64,000 nt of DNA from Schmidtea polychroa (taxonomy: Eukaryota), in the NCBI GenBank assembly GCA_044892525.1, contig CM097885.1:187426001-187490000 (forward strand), in the 5' to 3' direction. Both the position numbers and the translations under genes were made by a program. Every line of letters begins with the position of its first letter. The stretch's first letter is position 1. The notes under the pieces are model-generated. The model was not told the DNA's origin. It worked only from the letters and a program-made list of their open reading frames with translations, and searched no databases. This document shows positions 51,155 to 64,000 of the stretch, in pieces.

Positions 51155-51484
51155 CTATTCTTCATCTCCTCGATACTGCGTTTCGCCATCGGTATTGCCA
51201 TATATTCCGTTCACGTGGCACAAATTTCCCACTGCTTCACGCACCACATATATTGCCCGGAACCTGGCTAACCAATCGTGATTCAGCACGGATTCCCTCT
51301 TGAGAATTATCATGGTCCTTGATGAGTTTTCTGGAGTGCGACACTGTCCACGCGGATTAGTGAATTCGAACCAGTAGCCACGTTTTAAGGACTCTATCTT
51401 TACTTGCATCCAGTCCTGGTTGCGCACTGTGACTCGTTTTGGACCTGAATTTATGTAATGATTTATCTTATCTCGTATCATCAC
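51155..51484 (-). other. Unidentified 109-aa ORF within a GC-rich island (about 50870-51480)
   Basis: ORF track plus raised GC. No motif recognised. The island abuts a hAT fragment. Confidence 0.3.
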
Positions 51485-51489
51485 ATTCG

Positions 51490-52487
51490 CGGTACACTCA
51501 CTCCGTCCATAGCTTCTTACCCAAACCAGCCGAATATGAATCCTTATTATTTTATACTGAAGTTCATTGGATATCCGGAGGCAAGGTTTTGATTAGACTG
51601 CTTGAGCTGTGGTATGAGGTGCGTCAGTTTCATTTAGATCAACATATTCCAGAACCATACCAGCATTTCAATGATGATTACTGGATGGCCAAACTTGCAT
51701 ACACAGCAGATATATTCAAGCATTTCAATAAACTTTAAAAAAATGTAAGGTCAAAATGAGAATATATTGACTTGGTCCGACATTTTAAAGGGGTTAAAAA
51801 ACTCGAACTTTTGCGAAAAGAGCTGCAAAACAAAAGTTTAGAAATGTAATATTTAGAAATAAAGGGATAACTCATATTACGATTGGAAACAAGCAATCAA
51901 TTGTGAACCTGGCCCAACAACCTTTAAGAATGCTGCATCAAAAATTTGATCACTTTTTCTATTTTATTAATAGTGAAATCCTTTTCCAATCAATGTAATA
52001 AATTTTACTGAAGCACGTTAAAACTTTAATTCACCGAAGTTCCATTAGAGGTTTTCTGGATATCCATTAAGAAAGAATATATTGGAATCTCCGATATTTA
52101 TTAATCTCCGATAAAGATATCCTAACTCTATTTCCATTTTCGATTACATATTCATGTAAGTAAAATTTTTCAACTCTTGTATTGATCAAAACTATAAGAG
52201 ATTATGGTTAAAAGATCTTGACCAAGAACTTCGGGTTACACTGTCAAATATTGAGCTGAATATAAAACTTTTGTGTAAATTGAAACAAGCGCAGGTATTA
52301 AAAATAATTAAATAATTAAAAAGTGCATAAAAGTAAATATAGTCTGGTTTCATTTATTTATAGTTAACAAATAAAAATAAAAATTTGTGTTTCAAATTAT
52401 TATCTATATAGTTTAGTTTTTGATGTGCCGCAGAATTTTGAGGGAAATTTTGGTGTGCCTTATGCGAGAAAAGGTTGCGGAGCACTA
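51490..52487 (+). pseudogene. 3' half of a Buster/Charlie (ZBED5-like) hAT transposase with its 3' terminus
   Basis: LLFYTEVHWISGGKVL.RL, WMAKLAYTADIF, GQNENI and FST.VLIKT..R motifs. End aaaaggttgcggagcacta. Confidence 0.85.
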
Positions 52488-54235
52488 CAATATAGTGTCA
52501 AATGGTCTAAATTCTACGTCCATCGCTCAACCGTTCACAAATAAACCAAAATTAAAAAAATGAAATAAACTGACTAGACTAAAATAATCCCAGTGATAGA
52601 GTGGTCATCGTTGAGTTCCGTTAAACGGAAATGAGTCAGATTAGCCGAACAACATTAAGATGAATCAGCATCATCTGTGCGGGAAAGATAGGAATACCAA
52701 AAAGTCGAGAATACTGAATGCCAAGTGTATTGGATAGGACGCGGATAGACACACTCGTCAAGTAGGCATTTACACACACTCTAGAGATAGGGCACAAATC
52801 GTCATTTTCGTTAAATCAAAAGTGTTGAATTTATCAAGTGTGACCGAATCTAAAACCGAAATCAGTCGAAGTAAGATGGCCAGAAATCTATAAATTATAT
52901 TTAATTATTAAAATTTTATATAATGCCATATCAGGAAACTGAAGTAGCCCAGTTAGAATCAGAGACAGATATCGTTCGCACGAACTCGGATTGACAATCT
53001 TAATCACATTTTCAGTCGAACGATCACCTTCGAAGACAAACATCAGGATTACGATGGAGTACAGGTCAAAACCTTAGATGATCAGAGCAATGGTGGTGAC
53101 CGTCAAAGTGGGGAGAATAATGGTACCCTCGGGTTCTTGTGAACGATACGGGCCTGAAATGGTAAACGTACTAAAATTTTCCTTATTAGTGATAATATTA
53201 TTTACTAACTCGACTTGTTCTAACTTTAAACTATTTTCCTCAAATGATCCTGTTGTCAAAATATATTCTCAGATAAAACTTAACTTTATATTGCTGTTTC
53301 AAGTCAGTTCATATTCCTATTCCTCTACTGTATCTGTTATAACGAAACCAATTTTTGAAACATTTTCTTAACCACATCAATTTATTTGTTGATCACTCAT
53401 ATATGAAACTATTCGTTTCTCCAACATCAAATAAAGTTTAAACATTATATTCGAAGAATATTCCAACGATAATCACTTTCTAATTTCTAAATGAAAACTT
53501 CCCACCCATTCTATCAAAGTTTTGGGCTAAAAGCAAAATAAGAAATTCTTCTTAAGTTATAGTTTTTCTTGTTTTAATCAACTAAAAACAGAAAAACGGT
53601 CGACTGAGATGACCCATATAACATATAAACCGCATAATGAAGATTTAAAATCATTTAAAAATATTAAATAAAACACAAATAAAAATATAATAAGAGAAAA
53701 ATAAGTAAAACAAAATTAATAAAATCGAAAAACGCAAGCAGTTGCACTCGAAATATAGGATTTAAACAAGGATTAAAACAAAGAATAAATTGCCGAAAAA
53801 AGACACACAACTTCAGGAAACACCACCTTGTCCACTGGATAAGGATGATGTGTAAAGGTGATCATTTGACTAATCAAGAATGAAAGAAAAAAGAAAAAAA
53901 TTGAAATAAAATAATAAATTAAAACAAATTAAGAAATAGACCAATCAGAACGATTGGAATTTAAAAGCTAAAAACGATCATTAAATATGATCAAAAACAC
54001 ACTAGATAAATTTTGATTGGTCAAATTAATTTACAAAAAACTATAAAAGTGATAGTCTCAGTAGACATTTTACCACTTTTTAAACTATTTAGCTCTACAA
54101 ATCACCCGTGAACTGTTTATTTTGAAAACAACTATTGGACAACATTATCAATAAGAAGATTCTTTTGGAATTCTGAAACTCTATAGAGAAGTAATTTTGT
54201 TTGATTTATGTCATCATTTGGTATATTCATGTAAT

Positions 54236-54625
54236 TGTTGAGGTCTCACTATTTAGAAACCCTAACTTACTGGTTCTTATGTAAGTGATCAAATAACAAT
54301 AAGACTGATTACTAAAATTAATTCAAAAATAAAATTCATCTTTCAAAATTTACAACTAGATTTTTTTTCCGAACTTTCGATATCAAACTGGTTTACAATA
54401 TATGCTGGTTGTGTTTCTATTATATGTTTTGTTCTGTGTGTTATATTGTGAATGCAAAATAAATTCTTGTGAGACTGTTTATCTGTCTTATTTTTAAGTC
54501 CAATGAGGATTTCCCTTTTTAGACTGCAAAAAATCAGTTAGAATTTTTGGCCGATTAGACTGATTTTGGTGATCGCTTATATACCAAATTTTAAGTAATT
54601 GTAATATTTATTGTTTTAATTAGCT
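54236..54625. repeat. Repeat family B, second copy
   Basis: Collinear with 1296-1670. Confidence 0.6.
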
Positions 54626-54769
54626 AGCACGCAGTACGAACACGTAGTGTACCATCTGAGAAACAAATACAATGTAACTGGGTAAGAAAAGCAATATATT
54701 AGTCTTGGTAGTCCGTAGAATTATTAGAATGCAAAACAGTGATTTTCATAAATATAAAATTTAACTTAA

Positions 54770-54867
54770 TTCTAAAAGTCGGGACTTTTGAAAAACGTTG
54801 CGGAACGCGGGATAAATCGTAAAAAATCGGGACTATCCTGCCAAAAGCGGGACGTCTGGTCACCTTA
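54770..54867. mobile_element. Isolated hAT (Blackjack-like) terminus
   Basis: Repeated cggga subterminal motifs ending gggacgtctggtcacctta (reverse complement TAAGGTGACCAGACGTCCC). Confidence 0.6.
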
Positions 54868-55621
54868 CGTTAACCCTGTACTTGCCTGGCCCTGTTCTAT
54901 AATATTTTTCTAAGGTGAATGTAGTGATAGGTCTACCCTCATCATCTAATATAATGATAGCCAATATTATAGCCAATATTGTAATAATATTAAAACTATT
55001 GAAATTAACGACATTCGTTTTCTCTCTGTGATGATAATTATTTTTCGTTTTATTTTAGGTTTATGCTTATAATTTTTGCAGGTCCCAAACATTTATTTTT
55101 ATAAACATAGATATGGTTGAGTTGAGACCTTCTTTTATCAGCAATTCAGGGAACTCTCGGTATATTCCTACCTCGCTGACAAGAGATTGTTTCAATCACA
55201 CAGTCACTGATGTCACCAGAGTTCTCTCACTAGAGACTACGTGCGATCAGGCGCTGACATTTTTGTTTATTTTAATGCTCTAATTTAGTAAAAAAATTCC
55301 TTTCGGTATTTCTTCCGCGATAACTGAGAGTTGACCAAAGATTTAGCAATCGACACTTAAATTCTCCCTGCCATCAAATGTAAAGCAATTTTAGAAAGTA
55401 GTAGAGGAATTAGATATACTTAGGGGGTATAAGCTTCTCAACAAATAATTCACTTCAGATCGAATAATGTATTTAAAGAAACAAATTTCGACTATTAGAT
55501 CTTATTGTCGAAAATTTTTTCTTTAAATACATAATTTGCAACCAAAGGCTTAAATTATCACTTTATTGTTTTATATAATTATTTTTATTATTATCGATAT
55601 AAATATCGGAATTGTTGGTTA

Positions 55622-55870
55622 CTTAGGGGTGTGTCATTTTAAATTTTAAATAAGTTAGGGGCAATCATAGGTATTCACTCCACTCTTTCCCAAGCATCTC
55701 CATGACTATTGCACTTAAAACCATTTGTGTACCCATGGCGACGACCATGTTAGTACTGTACCCAAAGGCGAAAAAACAATGAGCAGGTGAGCTATATTGC
55801 TAAAACTACTCCCCATTGTATTTTCTTTTCGGGTTCTAGACGGCCGATAGAAGGTCTTACGTCATTAATC
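55622..55870 (-). repeat. Diverged copy of repeat family C
   Basis: ttaggggtgtgtcattttaaat...accatgttagtactgt...ttgctaaaactactcc.cattgtatttt...cgggttc...tcttacgt is collinear with the reverse complement of the 250-bp unit. Confidence 0.75.
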
Positions 55871-58790
55871 ATTTCCTATTTCTAGTTTCCACTTTTCTAC
55901 TTTATTCCGCTATAGTCCTCATTTCTGTATGTTTTCAATTGTTCTTTTTCAAAATTTTGTGCAGGAATGCGCCCTTGTTTTTCTGTCATAAATAATTATA
56001 TGTTTTCTATAATACTTGTCAATAATTTATTTCCCAGTCGATAAATGTCATTCCATATTTTCGGCGGTTCTTGTGAAAAATGTAGCTCAATTTTTCAAAA
56101 TTTTGAGTAGGGGTCTGACCTTATTCCCAAGTTAATAAACATGTTTCCACACTTCTCATAAAAATTTTGAGCAGGGATCTGCATGTGTCGCTAATCCTGA
56201 ACTATCGGATATCCTAATCATCCGAGGTTTCTATAAGATTACCTAAACCTACTTTATCTACTGACAACTGGTCCTAACTATCCTATTATTACTCCTATCT
56301 CAGTGATATCTATGAAAGTAAAGGTGACTGAACCGTCCTATACTATCTAAATCTAAACAAGGCCCTAAACTATCCTAAATTAACTTTACACTCTTCAACC
56401 GTTCATATCCTTATCCATATCCTCTAACCCGATGGACCAAACTGGCGAAACATCTGTCGACCAACAGCACGTGGTGCCGTCCGTCCACAAACCTTCCCCC
56501 AGTCCAGAGCACCGATACATAAATTCATTATAAATCTAATTCAACTACAATTATCATTAAAATTATAACTGAGTCAAAATAAATAAAATACTTATCATTA
56601 AAATATTAACGAAAAATAACTTCTATTCAAAATTTTATTAATTCATAAAATTATATAACATTAGACTTAACAAAATTACATTACACATACAAAGAATCAA
56701 ATTTACCTTACCGCGATGGCATACATCGAAAATTGAGAGCTCCTGATAACGTCTGGTGAAATTGTAAATTTCTGATTGCACAAGTAGTTAAACTGAAATT
56801 TCAATCAGTATTTATACAGATTGAATTGTACGCCTACGCATTCTCTGCTACTATATCCAATTAGAATGCGAGGCAATTCTGATTAATTTTTGTATGCATG
56901 CATGCATGTGTGCAATTGTTTATTTTTTAATTTAATTAATCAAAATTCTATAATTTAAATAAGTTTAGTTAGTTTTATTTTAGTTTCATTGATTTAAACA
57001 ATTTGGTTTTTATAAATTTTATAATTTATCTAATTTTGTTGGTTTTATTTTTAGTTTTCATTAAACAATTTAGTTTTATAAATTTTATGGTTTATCTAAT
57101 TTTACTACTTTTATTCTACTTTTATCATTTTCTTCAGTTTACTAGATATTTTATTTTAAATTTTAAACTTATTTAAAAATTTTCATATTATTAATTATTT
57201 TATTACCCATTATTTTATTTATTATTATTTTATTTTTTAGTTGTTAGACATTCCGATTGTGATATTTCTCCTAATTGTGTTAGTGATCGCGACCTTTTTT
57301 ATTTATCATCAATGTGTTATGTACTTTAATTTGTATTGATTGGTGTTTTAATTTAACTTGGTGCGATTTTTATGTTATATATTTTTGATTCATTAAAACA
57401 AGCTCTCAATTCTCAATCCTAGCCCAACAGAATTATCATTGTAGTATTATTGTTATTCGTATTATTATTATTAGTGATATAAATACACGCATTATTATTG
57501 TCATTATTATCATTTTTCGCATCAGTATTATTATTGGTATACGTAGCGATGTTATTATTATATTTATTTTCATTATTGATATATAAACTGATGGTAGCGG
57601 TTGAAATAAAGGGTTTGGAAACACGAATAAGTTATCAAATATGCCATCTTTATAACCTTTTCTGTCTAAAAACTGTCTCCTTGATGCATAATTTGGAAAT
57701 TCATGCCTGATTATTAGATATCATTAGTTTTATTTGGGAATATTGTTCACTTCCTTCAACCTTCGTTATCAATATTATTGCCATTACTATTGGTGGTGTC
57801 GCTGTCAGTGAATTTATAGCGGTTACTTTTTTTCACTTTGATTTACTAGGTTTCGGGTATTTCATTAGCCCTCAGGTTACTACTAGTATTACTATCTCAC
57901 CTACAACATCATCCTTACTAGTGGTATTCATAATCTTAATCTTAGACCCCAATTAAACATTTATCATAATTAATAATATTATCACGGTCATTTAAGTATC
58001 GTCATCACTGGGCGGGGTTAGCTCATCACATTTACTGAACGTACCACTTGACTTGCCAATACGAAAATTGTTATTTGATTAAACAAAACAGGATTTTAAC
58101 AAGAACTTGGTTTTGACTTAGACATTTTATTTTGACAAAAGTCTTAACACAATTTTTCCGTGTAACCTGCTCTTAGTTTTCAATTTATGCCGTTGGGGTA
58201 AGCTTGCTTTGAATTTCGTAATTTTATGTACGGAGTAATGTTTTAAGCTAATAAATTTTTATATTCAATTTAGTTTTCTTTTGTTGTTCTTTTTATCGTT
58301 TGTTTCTAATTTAATTTTTATGTTTGAATAGTTTTGATAGTTACTGTTTTTTTTGATAATCCGGTTCGTTCATATTCCAATACATAATTTTAGTAACGAT
58401 GTAGGGAATGTTATTTTATTTGATTTTTGGATTTGGTGAACAGTGTCATAAGACCTGAGTACGTTCGCTGTATGTAGATGCATCGTGTTGGATATCAATG
58501 GGTCTTCTTCACTCAGTTGATTGTATTTTGTTCGGAGGGCTTCCGACGAGTTCGTCACTGACACCAGGATTCAAGGGAAATTTATGTTAGAATATATTAC
58601 TAAATCCAACAATTTGAAGGAAAATGACATTTATGAACAGGAAAATAGAGGCAGATCCCTGCGCAAAATTTTCGAAGATAACATTGAAAAACATTCAGAA
58701 ATGAGGACCACAATTAAATGAATACGTGACAATAATCTAACAACAGAATAGATAATGAACAAAGATGTAATACCTTCTATCAGCAGTCCA

Positions 58791-59540
58791 GAACCCGAAA
58801 ATAAAAATACAATGAGGAGTAGTTTTAGCAATAGAGCTTCCGGCTCATTGATTTTCGACCATTGTGTACAGCACCAACATGGTTGTGACCATGAGTACGC
58901 AGTTGGTATAAAGTACAATAATCATGAAGGCGTAGGAAGGAGTCGATTCAAAATCCACAAGTACTCGTAACACATTTAAAAATGACACACCCCTAAGCGT
59001 CAACACTACCATCAACGTAAGACATCCTATAGGCAGTCACGAACCCGAAAATAAAAATACAATGAGGAGTAGTTTTAGCAATAGAGCTTCCGGCTCATTG
59101 ATTTTCGACCATTGTGTACAGCACCAACATGGTTTTGACCATGAGTACGCAGTTGGTATAAAGTACAATAATCATGAAGGCGTAGGAAGGAGTCGATTCA
59201 AAATCCACAAGTACTCGTAACACATTTAAAAATGACACACCCCTAAGCGTCAACACTACCATCAACGTAAGACATCCTATAGGCAGTCACGAACCCGAAA
59301 ATAAAAATACAATGAGGAGTAGTTTTAGCAGTAGAGCTTCCGGCTCATTGATTTTCGACCATTGTGTACAGCACCAACATGGTTGTGACCATGAGTACGC
59401 AGTTGGTATAAAGTACAATAATCATGAAGGCGTAGGAAGGAGTCGATTCAAAATCCACAAGTACTCGTAACACATTTAAAAATGACACACACCTAAGCGT
59501 CAACACTACCATCAACGTAAGACATCCTATAGGCAGTCAC
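58791..59540 (+). repeat. Three near-identical 250-bp tandem units (family C), followed by a diverged partial unit to about 59650
   Basis: gaacccgaaa at 58791, 59041 and 59291; gaaccccccg at 59541. Only a few substitutions between units. Confidence 0.95.
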
Positions 59541-60949
59541 GAACCCCCCGAGAATGTCTGCAGAGGAGTAGTCTTAACGCAGAGGCTCACCTGCTCTGTA
59601 GCCTTCGTCAATTTAGAACAACACCAACATGGTTGCAACCATGAATGCATAGTCGTTTTGAAACAGCCATGCGGCGACTTTCTGGAACTGTTACTCATTG
59701 ATCCCATGATCATACCCTCATTGTCAGATTTTTCCTATCTTCTCTTTGAACTCTCGTCCAGTAAGCGCCAACAAAAGCATCAAGTTATAAATAATTCAAA
59801 TAACATAATGCTAATCAACATGCCATTGAGAACTGTCTCAAGATCACCGAATCGCAACGGCAAAATAATTTTTAGATTTAGAGAAACAGAATATTACAAC
59901 TTCTTCTTCCTCTTCATGAGCACCTCTTCAAATTGTTACAAAGAAAGATGGTGCACTTAGAAATTGTGACGACTATCGAGTAATTAAAATTACAGTACTT
60001 GACTCTCACTCAATGCCATTTAATTTTGATATTTTGCAAAGATTTTTTGGTTGCAATGTTTTTTTCGTATCTTGAGTTATAGAAACTTTTCTAAGATTGA
60101 ATAATGTCAGCTATTAAAATGGTGGAATTATTTCCAGAATTATTTGCCGAAACGACAGTCACATCTCATTTTAACAACTCAGAACGACAACATAAATTTC
60201 GGAATTCATATTTATGAATTCTTCATAAAAATAGATGTATGGATATTGGAATTTTGATTTTCTATTTCTAAGAATTTCCATGATCTCTGGTATATAAATA
60301 TATTTATATTTAATAAGTTGTTTACTGTTTAATTACCTTATTTTTTTATTTTATCTACTGCTATCTACTGACAGAAAAAAATTATAAATTTAAGTAGTGG
60401 AGTCACTATCTTTTATGTATAACCTTTAAATAAATAAAATATTTATCATATCCAAAAAAAATAAATATAAATTATAAATTATTTCTTTTAATATTCAAGA
60501 AATTTGCATTTGTTTTTTTGAAATGTCAGAAATTATTCAACGAATTTATTTTACAATAGCTGCTTTTATATCAATGGCTTTAGGATCACAAACAGTTCAT
60601 TATATTTACAAACCATTATTAGATGTTGAAGATGAAGTACGGAAATTACAAACTAAAAGAAAAGTAATTATAATTCATCGTGGTGAATCGACAGAAATTT
60701 GAATATTTTCGCTATCTTTTACTAGATTTTTTTGATATTATCCGTAGAAATAGCATTTGTCACTGAAAAATTATTAATTTTCAAATCACGAATCATTTTT
60801 AATTAGTTTTTACAATTGAAAGTGAAATGTCAGTGGATATTATTGTATATTTCTAATAAATATAATGCCTAATTTTAAGTTTATTTATTTATGTAAGAAT
60901 GTTATTTAGGTAAATGTAACTAATATTTGTACTAATTTTATTAAAATGT

Positions 60950-62040
60950 CTCTTACTGTGTTTTGAAACAGGAATAATTTACAATATTTTGACTTTCCTG
61001 GTGCCATAGTACTTGAAACATGATTGATGAACATCAATCACCATGTTAGGGCACCCTTAATGTCAAGATATTTTTGTTTTAAAATATTATTGGTAATAAA
61101 ACAATTGAAACTCCGACAAGAACTCTGTTTGGAATTATTTCTGCATGAAAATTGTGGTGAATTAAAACGTCCATACTATTAGAATTCATAAACACTGGAG
61201 AATCAAATTTTAAAGCATAATCTAGCTAGTACTTCAGATTTGTCATCAATTGCAATTTGTAGAATTCAAATTTAACTATTGCATATAGCAGAATGTTTCT
61301 GTAGGAGTTACACAAGATGTTATGTGGAACATTGTTCCTAACAGATTGTGTAGAGACATGTAAATTTAATATATTTGTTATATCGATATGAATGCATTAA
61401 TCTGATTGTTTGATACGAATATTTTGCAGATTAATCAAAACATAATGATGTGAATATAAGGTTGGATGTATATACAAACTGAATTTGTCATTATTTCAAA
61501 CGATGATGATCTACTCTATTAAGAAAGCCATGAACCGTGTCGAGTTTATTGAATTCAGTCGGGACTACTTGAAATGTTTTTCAGCAAATCCATGTTGCTA
61601 TCTTGAAAGTAAATCAAGATCATCGTCTACTGCCAAGAGAATCAAGTTATTTCGGTCGACTCGTATAAATGGACAGTTGCTCTGTGTCAAAGAATACACC
61701 ATGATGTCTTGTTGATATTCGGTCGAGCCAGTTGGCGATTCTTTGAAACTAGATGCACTGCTACAAGCAAAACTGTCATCAGCTAATTATGAACAATCAA
61801 TTATGTTGGTTTTTACACTTATTTCGGCTGCCCTTTTCATGTTATCACGAGCCCCTTCAACCAATACTTGTTCATGAATGTATGTATGATTGCAAACTCC
61901 TACTTCAAGAACAATTGCATTTACACGTGTATGAAGTTGTGCTTAGCACGTTCTTCTTTTATAACGCCAGAGCCCCTTGTCATCACTATCATCGGTATTC
62001 TTGCCAAATAAATAACATTGAACTACAAGGTTAAGGGTAA
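60950..62040 (-). pseudogene. Degenerate FLYWCH-type MULE/Mutator transposase
   Basis: WRYKRRTC*AQLHT...CNH (FLYWCH-like). DDDLDLLSR*QHGFAEKHFK / VVPTEF...TVHG resembles the MULE W.ADGTFK...QLYTIH motif. Confidence 0.75.
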
Positions 62041-62130
62041 TTTTTTGAGATATTACAAATTCTAGCATGGCGAAAAATTAAATAAATTTTAGTAATAACA
62101 AATTCTATCTATAAACCAATACTATAGTAG

Positions 62131-62845
62131 TGTTGGATTTTATGATATTGAAAAGTCGACAGTTGGTAACTCTGACTCCACGTGTTCCAAAATCGATAAA
62201 CACAAATTCCCAACGTATATTTGTTTATCACAACTTCACAATTCTCAGTGATAAATAACAATTTTCGATCAGCAACAATCGTTACATTACTGGATCGAGC
62301 CTCGTTCTGGAATGTCTCCATTTTGTGCGATTTAAACTAAGTTTCACCTGGTGATTCTCTTGTCCACTGTTGGATCCGACTTCCTTTGATATTCTCTTTC
62401 GTTCTAACCCTCCAGGTCCATTTATAATTCTCGTTTTCTGTTTCTTTTCCGCAACTCCTATTTTCGGTTTCTTCGTCCCTACCTGAGGCTACTAGCGATT
62501 ATCTGAATTTGGAGTTTTCATATATACTCCAATAATCGTTGTAATTGCTCCGTTTTTGACCTAATTGGTTTCCTCTAACAGATGACTTCCTTAGTTACCG
62601 TTCACTAATTAGTTATTTCTGTTGATCCTTTTAGTAATTCCCCTTCTTTTGTTCACCCTCGTTTATCAGACTGTTTAGCTAATTTCCCTCTAAATTCCCA
62701 GTTTGTTTATTCTCCCTAATTGCCACGTTCGGGTATTCTTCATCACTCGGATTTTCCATTGGCTTGGATTTTCCATTAGCTCAGATTTTCCATTAGCCAA
62801 TTAAATAATTAATTAATACTTTGTGTTTTTCCATATTTTCCTGTT
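62131..62845. repeat. Repeat family A, 3'-truncated copy
   Basis: Starts tgttggattttatgata and is collinear with 24116-24790. Confidence 0.75.
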
Positions 62846-64000
62846 TTATCTAAATTATTTGTTGATTCAGCTCTGAGTTTTGTGTTAGTATTGACAAAAT
62901 TTGTTCAATACTATTATGTCCGCATATAATTTTGGTCGTACAATTTTGTGTGGAGTCCTCCAATGGTTCCCATTGGTGTCATTTACTTTTTTCTTCAGTC
63001 TCGAATTGAAGTTGTTTCTGAATGTTTGATACAAGAGAAATGCAATCTGGAAATGAAAAATTGAGATTTTGTTTAAATTCTTTTGCATATATTATGCAAA
63101 TATTAACAATAGAATGTGTTCAAAAGTCGCGGCCTGTGGGTCATTCATATTTTCTATTATTTATTTAAAAATTCGTTTTATCATTATTTAGATTACTTTG
63201 ACAATTTTATAAGTTTAATTTTTATGTTAGTGTAATTACTAATAACATATATTGTCAAATCAAAATTAAGTCTAAATTTTTAATATTAAAATTTTGACCA
63301 ATCATAGCTGTTCTAGATTTTTATTAGAATAAATACATTCAAAATGAAATTAATAAAAAAACATTTTTGAAATATTATTCAGTTTTATCCATGTTATTTG
63401 CTTGGTTCTTATTATTTCTCATTCAACAGAATTATTGTCGGTTAATCAAAAGTAAGTTAATTATTTTTATTATAATTAATTGAATGCAATTTTATTTTTA
63501 AAATTAAATTTTTCATTGAGATTATTATTTCCGAATAGCTTTTTTTGGGTAGTTTATTTATAATATATTATACATTTGTAAAATTTATTATTTGTGTATT
63601 TCTATAATGTAAAAAAAAATTAAGTGGAAACAGTGCATCAGAACCGTCGCAAATCAATCCATTTTTGAAGTGCAAATTTTCCACTTATATTTTGAGATAG
63701 GATAATATCGGTGTCGAGATTAATTAATTTTCTAATGGAATTTTCGGGTCCCAAATTGATCTTCAAAAGAAAGTGGCAATTTTTGAATGTATTTTTTAAA
63801 TGGAGAATTATATTAAATTATTATGAATACTAAAGGATAGGCTGGTCACAAATACCGTGGTAGGGATTGATTGGAGGTTTGGCAACACCCTGGGCCGAAT
63901 AATAACTGAAATTTTTTAAAAATATTTAAAATTAATTTTAATATGTAGTAAAGGTCTTATTGCAGTTTTTCAAAATTAAATAGGAGGATTATTTAATTTA

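Noticed and set aside
58791-59540. 250-bp tandem units as a hammerhead retrozyme or Penelope pLTR
   Set aside because: No CUGANGA...GAAA core on either strand of the unit. A covariance-model search for other ribozymes was not possible.
1-64000. tRNA, rRNA or telomeric repeat arrays
   Set aside because: None recognised by eye. The only tRNA-related signal is the Gypsy PBS.

Overview
AT-rich eukaryotic (animal-like) genomic DNA with spliceosomal introns, mostly 43-77 nt plus some of 0.7-2.5 kb. Host genes are an RFX5/RFX7-type transcription factor (4478-16371, +, about 12 exons), an intronless HMG-box gene (25713-26126) and an MYDGF orthologue (46086-46616+). Most of the rest is mobile DNA: a young Ty3/Gypsy LTR element (19025-24084, -, 5-bp TSD, PBS, PPT, apparent -1 frameshift signal), one fully bounded but dead hAT element (38913-41290, 8-bp TSD), further hAT and MULE remnants, TG...CA solo-LTR-like repeats, a TA-flanked MITE and several tandem arrays. 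The standout is an 11.8-kb element (26837-38644) that is almost entirely one inverted repeat (arms of about 5.4 and 5.6 kb). It begins AGTAGT, ends ACTACT, is flanked by a 6-bp direct repeat (TACAAT) and has no recognisable coding capacity. It looks like a non-autonomous, snap-back Polinton/Maverick-type element, although an assembly contribution cannot be excluded. All comparisons were made by eye and protein family calls are from recalled motifs; no alignments or database searches were run.
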